From positions 1 through 35,279 of the forward strand of contig MRSU01000287.1 in NCBI GenBank assembly GCA_008369845.1: 35,279 nt of DNA. Reading direction: 5' to 3'. A program made the translations under genes and the position numbers. Each line of letters opens with the position of its first letter. Within the stretch, counting starts at the first letter, position 1. Positions 1 to 10,103 of the stretch are shown one piece after another. The notes below the pieces were generated by a model. The model saw only the letters and a program-made list of their open reading frames with translations. It did not search any database and was not told where the DNA came from. Origin of the DNA: Trichomonas gallinae (taxonomy: Eukaryota).

Positions 1-562
1 AAAAGAAGCGCATGTATTACGTCGAGACCAAATTTTTGGGTCCTAAAATAACGTATTTTCAGTTGAAGTACATTTGATTTGATTCCAGAAATGGACAGGT
101 CAAAGAAAATGAATACTCAGCACAAAAGGCAAAATATAGTTAAAAAGCATAAACAAAGAGCAAAAGATAGATTTAATGAAATTTTATCAAAAATTAATGA
201 TATCGGGATGTTAAAATCAATATTTTATTTTATGAAGAAGCTGGAAATTGATTTTAACGACAATACAAAAATATTAGTTGATACCAAATGAAGATATTAA
301 TATATTTGGAGAGTCATTTTTGAAACACAAGCCAGATAAAGCTGTCGATGATTTACCTGAAGAAAAATCTGATCCAAAAATACCAGTAAAGAAATAAAAC
401 AAAGCATTCAAAGAAAATAAAAAAGCAGTTGAAGAAATAAACAAACAAAGCTGAATAGAATTAAAAAAAGCCAGTTAAAAATATAAGCAAAACAATTGAG
501 AAAGTGGTTCATCAAGATCCATTCAAGTTTTTATCCAAAAATCTAAAAATAATGCGCTAGAA

Positions 563-1446
563 ATGGTTAAAAAAGATGATAACCCTATTGATTATACCAA
601 TCCAAAAACTGGAGATACACCAACTATTTATGCAGTGATATATAATCTTTTTGATGTTCTCAAAGTATTAATAGAAAAGGAATGCGATCTTAATGCTGCG
701 AATAACTCAAAATATACAGCTGCAAGCACTGCTGTCAATAAAGGAATTAAAGACATTTTTGATTTTATCTTGAAAAACTGGAAAAATCCAAGTTTTGAGA
801 ATCTTTGCAATTTACTGGATGAATGCTACAGATCAAAAAATTCTCATTTCATTCAAAAAACATATGAAAGGTATAAAAATGAGCCTGATTTTATGAAGGC
901 GAAGGATACAAAGATTCAAAATAATTATACTTACCTACATGTTCAGCTAGAAAAGGAAATTTTGATGTTGTAAAATGCTTGATTGATAAGCTCAAAATCC
1001 CAATTGATTCACGGGATGATAAGGATGAAACCCCTCTGTTATGGGCTATTCGTTCCCAAAAAATAGATGTCACAAAATTATTGATCGACAGACTTTGCAA
1101 TCTCGACATTGTTTCTAAAGAAGGCAAGACTGCATTAATCAGAGCGATTGAAGGAAAAACTTAAGATTTGTGCAAGATGATGCTGGACGCTGGAGCTGAT
1201 CCAAATCTCGGAAAAGATTCAGGGGAAAACGGTATCAAAATGCTTTTATTGTTGCTTTATTTAGCTGCAACACTGACATGGTAAAGCTAATATTAGACCA
1301 ACGCGAGATCGATTTAACCAAAAGTTTCAATGGATCAATACCATTACAATTTATTAATAATATGATTAATTCTTCCAACTACAGAGATGAAGAAAAGAAG
1401 AATTTAAGAGATATATGACTTAGTCTCAGAGAAGACTAGTAATTAG
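563..1446 (+). pseudogene. Ankyrin-repeat protein pseudogene (may extend upstream to ~109)
   Basis: Ankyrin motifs GDTPTIYAV, YTAASTAV, YTYLHV, DETPLLWAI, GKTALIRAI. A 1-nt deletion at ~944 (GTT CA GCT AGA AAA GGA) hides ...LHV(A)ARKGNFDVVKCLIDK. In-frame TAA at 1162-1164 lies inside KTALIRAIEGKT*DLCKMMLDAGADPNL. Further shifts at ~1235 and ~1415. Confidence 0.85.
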
Positions 1447-1584
1447 CCAATAATTGATATGATTTTGTTATTTTTGTTATGTAATAAAAGATCACACCCT
1501 CTAAAATGATATGATAAAGTGTGTGGTCGCTAAATATTCAAAAAAATTGTTTTTTTCTTTAACGTACAGCTAATTTAAAATAAA

Positions 1585-2298
1585 ATGACTGACAACAAAG
1601 AACTTCTCGAGATTGCATCGACAATCAAGATAGACAGCACTGTTCCTGTTGTCGTGACGGCCTCAGTCAGCGAAGAAATTGCTAAGAAAATTGACGAGAT
1701 TCCGTTAAATATTAAGCCAATTCTTGAAGATAACACATTAAAGTGGGTTGGCGCTGATGGTTTGTTCCTTGTCGAATCTTTATGGGAATACATCCAGAAA
1801 ACACAAAACATCTCAAAGTCATTCGCTCAATCATACGGCAAAATCTGGGCAGCATTGAGAAAGACACCAACAACACTCCAAGTCGCCAAGTTAATACCAG
1901 AAGCAATCATTCCATCCAAGGCTCATCCATTAGATACTGGTTATGACATATCTGTTGTTCGTGTTGTCAAAGAAAACTTCGGACCAGGCGTCACACTCTA
2001 CGGAACAGGTCTCATCGTACGTCCACCTGATGGCTATTACATTGATATGGTCGCTAGATCATCTCTTTGCAAGAGTGGATATTATGTTGCAAACTGTGTT
2101 GGAATTATCGATGCACAATACAGAGGAGAGTTGTGTGTTCCACTTGCAAAGATCAGCTCTGATGCACAACCACTTCAGTTGCCAGCAAGAATTGGCCAAA
2201 TTGTTATTCGTGAGCTTCATGTTTGTGATATCGAGGAAGTTGCCGATATTAACACAACAGCACGTGGAACTGGTGGATTTGGCTCATCTGGAAAGTAA
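1585..2298 (+). CDS. dut: Trimeric dUTPase with ~95-aa N-terminal extension
   Basis: All five dUTPase motifs in order: DTGYDI, ARSS, GIIDAQYRGE, RIGQ, RGTGGFGSSG. Confidence 0.95.
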   Translation: MTDNKELLEIASTIKIDSTVPVVVTASVSEEIAKKIDEIPLNIKPILEDNTLKWVGADGLFLVESLWEYIQKTQNISKSFAQSYGKIWAALRKTPTTLQVAKLIPEAIIPSKAHPLDTGYDISVVRVVKENFGPGVTLYGTGLIVRPPDGYYIDMVARSSLCKSGYYVANCVGIIDAQYRGELCVPLAKISSDAQPLQLPARIGQIVIRELHVCDIEEVADINTTARGTGGFGSSGK

Positions 2299-2543
2299 TT
2301 TTATTGAATTTTTTTATTACTATCAAAATCATTTCAAAATAAAGATGAAATCGTTTTCTGTGTCATTGAATTTTTATTATTTATTCGCATACTTTTATAA
2401 TCCGATGTGTTTATTAATACAATTTCAATATTAGAAAATTCAATAATTAATAATGAATTTTGTTTTTGTTTAATAGTATATGTAAGGATTAATTAGTTTG
2501 TTGGTATAGAAAATGTTCATTTTTTCTCTCGGTAGAAGTTAAG

Positions 2544-3767
2544 ATGTTACCGAGAGAAGATAATTTGAAAGATGTTGGATATGGAGCTGATGTCTTTGCC
2601 AATGAAGCATATGAATCAATGTCAATTGATAAACACATCAAATTCGTTTTCATAAATTATTTGATTTATATAATTCTTGGCGTTATTATAATTGTTCTTC
2701 CTCCATGCAACAGAGAAATACGAAAGCAATTCATATCTAATGAAACACAGTCGATTGTCTCATTAATTTACATCCAAAAACAATCTTTTCAACCTTTTAT
2801 TCATCTTTTGCTAGAAAATCCAACGAAAAATGGAAATGAAGTCAAAATAGACGCTGATTATAAGCTAGATACATACAATGGAGTTACTTTATTCAGTAGT
2901 ACTCCAAATTATCGAAAAACTACATCGATAAACTACAATTCTCCGTTTTTAATGGCATCTATGAATGATTTGAGAGCTACAAGAGTTGAATTTCACGGCA
3001 ATGTTCGTTTGATTTCAGGAAAATTCGAAGATTTGAACTTTGTTTGGCAGGATTTCAATCCAGTTTACGGTTTAGCCATTGTATTTTTGTTTACTGTATT
3101 CACAATTCTTTTGATTGTGTGTTCTGCTTTAATGATTCGATCAATAAAACACTTAAAGTCCAGGGTTGAGACAAATGCACAAAAGTTCATTTTCCTTGCA
3201 ATGCTTTTAATCACTATTGCTACAATACCGCTTCCAGAATCAGCATTGTTTAATTTCTTTTATATTTTTAACGGAACTGGAAAATTTTTCGTTGCAGCAT
3301 ACAGATCTCTCTTTGTTGTCATATCATCAACATTGGTTTTTAATCTCTTGTTCAGAGATGAAGAAAATGAGGCAAAATTATACAAATTAACATATATATT
3401 GACTCCATTAGTTTTTGCTATATTTTATTCATTATCATTTGTTGAAATAGGCCCATATATCCTATTTGCTGTTGTTATACTCAATCTTTTGGGAATTTTA
3501 TTTTCAATCACAAGAATCAGAAGAGAAGACGAAGAGTTCGTTGGCGCATTTACACATATAGCAATTATTTTGCCTCCATTCATCTCGTTATTAATTTCGC
3601 TATTATTTTCAGCAGATCGATTTTCTAGAGTAGAAGTTTTAAGCAGGATGCTAATGGTTACTTCTGTTGCATTCCTTGCTTTCATTCGCTGGCCGTTTGA
3701 AGACATTGTTGTCGATATAAATAATATTGATTTTGATCCAGAATCGAATTTGGTTGCTATGCATTGA
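2544..3767 (+). CDS. Multi-pass membrane protein, TMEM181/Wntless-like
   Basis: One N-terminal TM helix, a ~120-aa soluble domain, then ~7 hydrophobic helices. LNFVWQDFNPVY...AQKF...IPLP resembles the TMEM181 pattern FTWKTYNPAF...EQKW...DPFFP. Confidence 0.7.
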   Translation: MLPREDNLKDVGYGADVFANEAYESMSIDKHIKFVFINYLIYIILGVIIIVLPPCNREIRKQFISNETQSIVSLIYIQKQSFQPFIHLLLENPTKNGNEVKIDADYKLDTYNGVTLFSSTPNYRKTTSINYNSPFLMASMNDLRATRVEFHGNVRLISGKFEDLNFVWQDFNPVYGLAIVFLFTVFTILLIVCSALMIRSIKHLKSRVETNAQKFIFLAMLLITIATIPLPESALFNFFYIFNGTGKFFVAAYRSLFVVISSTLVFNLLFRDEENEAKLYKLTYILTPLVFAIFYSLSFVEIGPYILFAVVILNLLGILFSITRIRREDEEFVGAFTHIAIILPPFISLLISLLFSADRFSRVEVLSRMLMVTSVAFLAFIRWPFEDIVVDINNIDFDPESNLVAMH

Positions 3768-4035
3768 ATAGCAAAATTTGTTAATTTGTTAATTTTTGTT
3801 TGTTTTCTTATTAAAATAAAATAAAATAAAAAAATAATCAAATCCATTTTTTTACAGTATAGTTAAAACAATTCAGTATACGAATAATAACAACTTCTAT
3901 ATATAATTGGCCAGTTTGCTTGAAATTAAAAAATATTGATTTTCGATTTTTGTTCTATGTACATGAATAATAATACAAGCATAAATAATAATATGTTACA
4001 GCAATTAATGAATGATATTTTTGATTAAGTATAAA

Positions 4036-4845
4036 TTAATCTGTTTTCATAACAATTGGGAGAACATCCTCTTCATCAGAGCTGACTGGAACATTTTTCA
4101 TCAATCTAGCAATACCAGAATAAGAGGAACGCGAAAGACCTTTTGCAAGGACACTTTTTGGAATTGAATTTGTAATGAGTTCCGGATGTTTGATGTTGAG
4201 TAATGCTGCAATGTTGTGGACGTCAAATGGCGAACGAATTAAATCAGAATCAAGGCAACCGTTGCTTAACAAAATATTTCTTCTCCTGAGAACAAAAGTA
4301 AGAGATTTGGCAGCACTTATCAAGTTTTGACGCATTTGTGAAGACTTTAAAAATTGTGAATATCTAATTTCAACGGCAATTCCGCGATTTACTGCTCCTT
4401 TGAGATCTTTCCACTTCTTTTTCGGCATATATGCTGGTAAATCAAGCGAAATAATATCAATGTCCATTGTTTGGCAGGCCATCTTAAAAACTTGCTCTGA
4501 AAGTGGTGTAACAGAGTACATACTATATCTTAATGATGGTATCTGCCTCATAAATGCGTGTACTTCGTCAATACTGTCGGTTTCGAGATTTAATCTTGTA
4601 AATTGTGAGAATTTTGCATAATCAGATAAGCAGAAAAGCGAGTATCTCCTGTTTACTATAGCTTCAGCCTCATTGGAAAGCTGAACAGGCTCAGGAGGGG
4701 GAGGAACATTTTTCATCGAGTGAACATTAACAGTCAACACGACTCCATCCCAGCCAGTTTTGACAGACCTATCAACGGCCATACGAACCTCCTGGTTCAT
4801 AATGCCACCATCTTGTTCGTAAGGAAGAAATAACTCAAAATTCAT
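4036..4845 (-). CDS. RPP30: RNase P/MRP protein subunit p30 (Rpp30/Rpp1)
   Basis: FTRLNL, YSVTP, DIDIISLD, AVNRGIAVEIRYS, NILLSNG and IRSPFDVHNIAALL match the Rpp30 motif series; 269 aa is typical. Confidence 0.9.
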   Translation of the reverse strand: MNFELFLPYEQDGGIMNQEVRMAVDRSVKTGWDGVVLTVNVHSMKNVPPPPEPVQLSNEAEAIVNRRYSLFCLSDYAKFSQFTRLNLETDSIDEVHAFMRQIPSLRYSMYSVTPLSEQVFKMACQTMDIDIISLDLPAYMPKKKWKDLKGAVNRGIAVEIRYSQFLKSSQMRQNLISAAKSLTFVLRRRNILLSNGCLDSDLIRSPFDVHNIAALLNIKHPELITNSIPKSVLAKGLSRSSYSGIARLMKNVPVSSDEEDVLPIVMKTD

Positions 4846-4852
4846 TTTGCTC

Positions 4853-5034
4853 TGTCACATTTATATATTTTGACACATAAACTTTAAACTGACATGTAAA
4901 TTGAAATATTGACATATAAACTTATAAATTGTCACGTAAACTATTTTTGTCGCATAAATCTAAATTTTGACATGTAATATAAAAATATTTTTGTCATGTA
5001 AAATAAAAATATTTTTGTCATGTAATATAAAACC
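4853..5034. repeat. Degenerate tandem array, 9 units of 18-24 bp, core TG(A/T)C(A/G)YRTAA
   Basis: Units start at 4853, 4871, 4890, 4910, 4930, 4948, 4968, 4992, 5016. The array fills the gap between the cyclase stop and the RPP30 start. Confidence 0.9.
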
Positions 5035-5037
5035 TAA

Positions 5038-8000
5038 TCAAACAAAACTTTTAGCTAAATTCATGGCTGAGCCAACTCCTGGAACAGCAGAAGCGCTTTG
5101 TGAAACAACATATGTTTTCATCATTCCTTTTCCTTTGACTTGAATCTCACCACGCTCTTTGATGTTGAAATTTAAGTATTTGATTGATTCATATGTTGTC
5201 GGAGATATTTGAACGTATCCAGGCAGGCAGTGCAAGTTCATTCTCGATGCAACGTTAACCACATCTCCAATGATATCAAAGACAGGTCTTGTGACACCGA
5301 GAATACCGCATTTAATCGGGCCGCCTGTGTTTACGCCGACAGTGATTTGGAAGTTAATGCCGAGATCCTTTGAGACTTTCTGTGCAATCTCAAGAAGCTT
5401 AACCGCGTATTCAACGACAACCTGGCCTGAGTTGACTGTGGAATCTGAGAAAAGTCCACCACAGCACATGTATATGTGACCAATTGTCTTCATCTTTGTT
5501 ATTGCTGGGAAGTTGTGGAGCTCTTCATCATAGGCGATAAACAGAGAGTTGAGAATAGACATGACTTGCGTAGCTTTCATATCCTGTGTTAAATTGGACC
5601 AAGCGACAATTGAAGTGAACAAAACTGTTGCTTGTTGGACTTCGAATGTAATATCTGTTTCACCTTCGTTCATTCTCTTGATGATTGAAGGAGGAAGCAA
5701 TGACTCGATTAATTTTTCTCCTTTGGCTTTCTCCGATGCAACGAGAGCTGCTTGGAAGTGCTCAGCTGTGCTGTCAACTACGATGACGCTGAATGATGTG
5801 GCTGGAGCTCTATTTTCGCTCTCTTCTTCGTGATTCTGCAAATTTGAGTGGCCCATGACAATCAATGTCAAGTACATCATCTGGTTGGATTTGTCCATGA
5901 TCGAAGAACGAACTGTGCAATTATGAGTTTTAGATCTTCCGCTCTTCATCTTGTTCGTTTCACTAGATAATGTGTGCAAAACAGATTTAACTTCTTTATC
6001 ATTCAGCTGCTTCTCGAGTATTTCAATTAAGTTTTGGCCAAGCAAATCCTGCGGCTCTAGTTTGAGCATTGTGCAAACTGTTGTATTTGTTTGCGTGATT
6101 TTCAGATCTACATCCATCAAAATTAATCCAGACTTTGAGTTATTGACAATGAAGTCGTATGAAATGTTGTTGCTCTCCTTTGATTTAATTGAGTCTCTCA
6201 TCTTGTTGTATGTCTTGTAATTGACTGATCCAGAGATCCATTTCAAAACCATCTGGTTCTTCAGCAAAAACTCTGGTGGAATTAAAAGCATTAAACTGTG
6301 AACAGTACTATGATGGCTTTTTGCAGCAAAGAAAGCAGCAATTGTGAATGTGAAGTAATACAAGAACTGCACTGCAAACAAGGAGAAGAAAAGAAGAAGC
6401 ATCTTATACAAATGCTTCGTTTCGAGCTGATCGGTTTTGCTGAGCAATAGTTTTTCTCCAGCAGTCAAGCAATAGTCAAGATGTGAGAAGATCAAGTGTT
6501 CATACTGATAAGTGAAGTTATCTTGATCGAATGTGTATTCAGTCGGATCAGATGCATTCATGATGAAGTATGAAGTCTCCCATAGTAATCTTAATTGAGT
6601 CTCGCAAGAAAGAGAGAAATAAACGCTATGCAAGAAGCCATGCATTGGCTTGAATTTATCTGAGACTTGATTGACTGATGTTGAAGTCACATATGCATTA
6701 ATAACATCAGCATCTAATAGCAAAGCTGCTTTCATTCCATCATCAGAAGTGTACAAAAATGAATCGAATGTTCGAGTGATCGCATTGACGTAGTACCATG
6801 TTAAGTTCTTTGCTTCTGCAAGAGTTTTATTGTTCATTGGCTTTCGGCTGAATGTCTCTTGTCCCCATACATATGATGCAATGGCTGTCGCTGTTGAATC
6901 AGTCGCCATAACATATCCGTAAGAAACGTTCAGAATGTCAAGCATCGCGCTCTTGTACATAACAATTCCAATTGAAGTAATTGTGCTGGAAATAGCTGTA
7001 TACAATAAGATTGACTTGATAAGCTTAGAGTACATGCCTGTGTGTGTTCTAGGTGTCGTTGCAAGAGTTTCAATGGTTTGTTCAGAAGCGTCAGTTTTGT
7101 TTGAAACTTCTTCAGACGTCTGTGATAATGTAATTGATGACTGAAGGGCTGACTGTGCTTTTGGCTCTGGGTTTTCGTTTTCTTTTAGCTTCTTCTTTGA
7201 GTTTTGAGCTTTCATTGACCACCTTAATATAGAAATTTCGTTCTTAGGGAATCCAAAGAACAGCTTCAAAATGAAATTGATTTCCAATTTAAGATGCTTG
7301 ATGACTATCAACAAGAAAGGAATAATAATCAAAACAGGAACAGCCCATGCAATAGCGTGCAGAATATCAGCCTTCATTTCGAACTCATCCTGTCTTTGAA
7401 TGACATTGTGATTTGTAATAGTCATCACACGTTTCATGGCAATGATTAATTCGTCGACATTGTCAAAAATAAATTCGGCTTCCTCTGTTGTATTGACTGT
7501 CATCCATTTATCTTGTGATATATTGAGAAGATTCTCGGCCATATTCGTGTACAAAACAAGCATCTCAAAGCTGGATGCATCTGAAACTGTTGCCTTTGAC
7601 TTCATCTTGAAGTCTTTCGCTGATAAAAGTTTTTCTATGGCAGAATTAGTCTTTGCGATTCTAATCATCGAAACTGACAAATCTCTCAATATTTGCACAT
7701 ATTTCTTTATTGCTGGTGTACAGTTGGATGCAGGGATAAACTCAAGATTTGTGCCTCTCACAGGTCCGATTTCTGTCGTCCAAGGAACAATTTGGCCATT
7801 GAGGAATAAATGGTAGCGTCTTATTAACTGTGGAATTCTTGTGATTGCGTAAAGAGCATCAGAGAAAACTTTAACTGGATCGAAAGTGTTCGTGAATGAT
7901 CTCATGTCAAAGACACCCATTGTGAGTGTAATGATTGGACCAACAAACATCAGGAGAAAAGTCATAACGAAAACAAACGTCAAACACTTTGATGGACCTG

Positions 8001-9876
8001 AAGGCATGTTTTTGAACACTTCTTGAGCGGAAATAGATGGATCCATTCTATTTGCAAATGTTTTATCGACTGTTCCACCTCCTCCTGTTGTTGTTGACAG
8101 TAATGTGTCTGTCGTGATCATCATAGATGTGGCTGTTAATTGTTCTTCTTCTTTGCCTTTCTTCGATAATATGTGGCACTCCATGGCTTTGATGTGGTCG
8201 CCCATTGTATTGTGATAGAAAGCTGTTGTCTCTCTCAATACAATGTTGGAATTGGGGAAGTCTCTGAGCATTCTCTGATATGAATTAGAAGCCTTTGCTC
8301 TTGCGTTTGTTATCATTGTAATTACATCGGCCATGTTTTCAAGTTTTTGCTTGAGAACAGCACCCCAGAAATCTCCAATGATCGATTTCAATTGGAAACC
8401 ACTCTTTTTTGCAAGATGTAAGCCTTCCAAAAGCGGCTTATTAAATTGAGTCAACAATTCTTGCCTTAATTCGTTAAAAAGTTTAATAAATGTTTGAGAG
8501 TTAGGAATTGCGCTTGTTGATGTGCACATTTTCTGCACTTCACCAATATAAATTAAATTCGTTTGGAGTTCATAAGCGATTTGAGCGGCACAATAATAGA
8601 TTCTTGCATTGTTGAAGTTGTCAACTGCATATTTAATGAAGTCTAAAGATGTTACATCATCCATTTGATAAAGATATCCAATACGCATCATCAAAGATAC
8701 AGTATATGGGTATTTAAGGCCTAGTAATGAGTAGTCAACCTTCTTTCTATCATTTCTCTCTGCCATTAAAGTAATTAACTCTGATTCACTATCTTCGTGA
8801 TCAGAATAAAGACTGTTAAAGACTTTGACGACAGACAAAGAACGTCTAGCAACAATGCAACGACTGATAAAGAAGATAAATATGAAGCCAAGGACGTCAA
8901 AAATGAAAATAAATGAAATATTTGATTTCAAGAAATAAGAAAGCAGAGGATTGATGCTGAATATGATGCATTGCATGAAAACAGTTATATACATTGAGCA
9001 AGTAGCTGGTTGTATGAATGGAAGATTTCGTATAAGCCAAAAGATAGCAAAAATGCTTATAGCGCAGACTACACCAAGGAATATGATTGTTCCTTTAAAC
9101 CCACCAACTAAAATGGCGATTTGCGTAGTTAATTCAATTATCGAAATCGTTACTTGAATTTTGAAGCTAAATCCGCAGTATCCGAACCATAATTGGCTGT
9201 AATCATTCTTTCTGATGATTGGTGTTGTCTGCCAGATGCTGTCAGACAAATAAAGGAGAAGAAAATCTGCGATGCTCAAAAAGAAGCCGAAAATGAAGTA
9301 CACGAGGCGTAACGTTCTGTCATGTGACTGTAGTATGAGTCTGACTCCTTTCCAAAGCAAATATGAGAAATAACAAGTGAAAATCGGCAAAATGCATCTT
9401 GAGATAAAAATCCAAAAATTAAGCTTCTGGGTTGAAGGATAGCGATTATCTTTGTATTGTATGAGTGTATATATATTGTAATTGATTAAGGAAATGAATA
9501 AAAATGAAATAAATAAATTAACGAGCAAAGTTATGAGAACATCATTAGAGTCGGGAACTAAATGTGTTATATACTCGATTATGAATACAATGTAGTTATT
9601 TGTTTGGTAAATAGACTGATTGAATAAACTTGAGCCAACAGATGTAAGCAATAAAAAGATCATTGGTATTGCTAACGAAAATATAGAGAACCACTTACTC
9701 GGGAAATCTACTCTACCTACATCAAATGTTATTTTTTCCAATAATGAAAATAATGTATCAGTTTCAAGAGTCTCGTTGAAGTCCATAATATCCTTGTTGA
9801 TATTATGCCTGATATTATCTGTGTTTAGCGAGTAGCGGTGACTCTTCTCTGAAGAGGCCGCTGAGGATTCATTCAT
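5038..9876 (-). CDS. Transmembrane adenylyl cyclase family protein (multi-TM + PAS + class III cyclase domain), catalytic Asp pair substituted
   Basis: Many N-terminal TM helices; PAS-like FIVNNSKSGLILMDVDLKITQTN...LLGQN; cyclase motifs VLFTSIV, KMKTIGHIYM, VGVNTGGP, FDIIGDVVNVASRM, RGEIQVKGKG. Confidence 0.92.
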   Translation of the reverse strand: MNESSAASSEKSHRYSLNTDNIRHNINKDIMDFNETLETDTLFSLLEKITFDVGRVDFPSKWFSIFSLAIPMIFLLLTSVGSSLFNQSIYQTNNYIVFIIEYITHLVPDSNDVLITLLVNLFISFLFISLINYNIYTLIQYKDNRYPSTQKLNFWIFISRCILPIFTCYFSYLLWKGVRLILQSHDRTLRLVYFIFGFFLSIADFLLLYLSDSIWQTTPIIRKNDYSQLWFGYCGFSFKIQVTISIIELTTQIAILVGGFKGTIIFLGVVCAISIFAIFWLIRNLPFIQPATCSMYITVFMQCIIFSINPLLSYFLKSNISFIFIFDVLGFIFIFFISRCIVARRSLSVVKVFNSLYSDHEDSESELITLMAERNDRKKVDYSLLGLKYPYTVSLMMRIGYLYQMDDVTSLDFIKYAVDNFNNARIYYCAAQIAYELQTNLIYIGEVQKMCTSTSAIPNSQTFIKLFNELRQELLTQFNKPLLEGLHLAKKSGFQLKSIIGDFWGAVLKQKLENMADVITMITNARAKASNSYQRMLRDFPNSNIVLRETTAFYHNTMGDHIKAMECHILSKKGKEEEQLTATSMMITTDTLLSTTTGGGGTVDKTFANRMDPSISAQEVFKNMPSGPSKCLTFVFVMTFLLMFVGPIITLTMGVFDMRSFTNTFDPVKVFSDALYAITRIPQLIRRYHLFLNGQIVPWTTEIGPVRGTNLEFIPASNCTPAIKKYVQILRDLSVSMIRIAKTNSAIEKLLSAKDFKMKSKATVSDASSFEMLVLYTNMAENLLNISQDKWMTVNTTEEAEFIFDNVDELIIAMKRVMTITNHNVIQRQDEFEMKADILHAIAWAVPVLIIIPFLLIVIKHLKLEINFILKLFFGFPKNEISILRWSMKAQNSKKKLKENENPEPKAQSALQSSITLSQTSEEVSNKTDASEQTIETLATTPRTHTGMYSKLIKSILLYTAISSTITSIGIVMYKSAMLDILNVSYGYVMATDSTATAIASYVWGQETFSRKPMNNKTLAEAKNLTWYYVNAITRTFDSFLYTSDDGMKAALLLDADVINAYVTSTSVNQVSDKFKPMHGFLHSVYFSLSCETQLRLLWETSYFIMNASDPTEYTFDQDNFTYQYEHLIFSHLDYCLTAGEKLLLSKTDQLETKHLYKMLLLFFSLFAVQFLYYFTFTIAAFFAAKSHHSTVHSLMLLIPPEFLLKNQMVLKWISGSVNYKTYNKMRDSIKSKESNNISYDFIVNNSKSGLILMDVDLKITQTNTTVCTMLKLEPQDLLGQNLIEILEKQLNDKEVKSVLHTLSSETNKMKSGRSKTHNCTVRSSIMDKSNQMMYLTLIVMGHSNLQNHEEESENRAPATSFSVIVVDSTAEHFQAALVASEKAKGEKLIESLLPPSIIKRMNEGETDITFEVQQATVLFTSIVAWSNLTQDMKATQVMSILNSLFIAYDEELHNFPAITKMKTIGHIYMCCGGLFSDSTVNSGQVVVEYAVKLLEIAQKVSKDLGINFQITVGVNTGGPIKCGILGVTRPVFDIIGDVVNVASRMNLHCLPGYVQISPTTYESIKYLNFNIKERGEIQVKGKGMMKTYVVSQSASAVPGVGSAMNLAKSFV

Positions 9877-10095
9877 TTCCCAATTGAATTGAAAAAAACG
9901 ACGTTTTTTTTTGGAAAACGAGAGATTTTAATAAATGGGATCTATAATATTGGCAGATATTTTCTTCAGAAAAAAAATTCTGAACGAAAAGTGTTACACA
10001 GCGAAAAAATCATAATTCTAAATCGTGTTTCGAAGCCATTATTATGTTTTGTTTACACTAGTCGACTTTTGAATGAAAGTATTGAAATTTGTAGC

Positions 10096-10103
10096 GTCAC
10101 TTT
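10096..10103 (-). promoter_or_regulatory. AAAGTGAC (trichomonad M2-like motif) ~220 bp upstream of the cyclase
   Basis: GTCACTTT on the + strand; short, so it could be chance. Confidence 0.3.

Noticed and set aside
1162..1164. In-frame TAA in an ankyrin repeat as possible stop-codon reassignment
   Set aside because: Intact genes here end in TAA, TAG and TGA, and the same locus also has frameshifts.
1490..1528. GATCACAC/GTGTGGTC inverted repeat before dUTPase
   Set aside because: Only 8 bp with a G-U pair and a long loop; expected by chance.
4853..5034. CRISPR-like reading of the repeat array (also 28311-28432)
   Set aside because: Units are too short and degenerate, there are no unique spacers or cas genes, and the context is eukaryotic.
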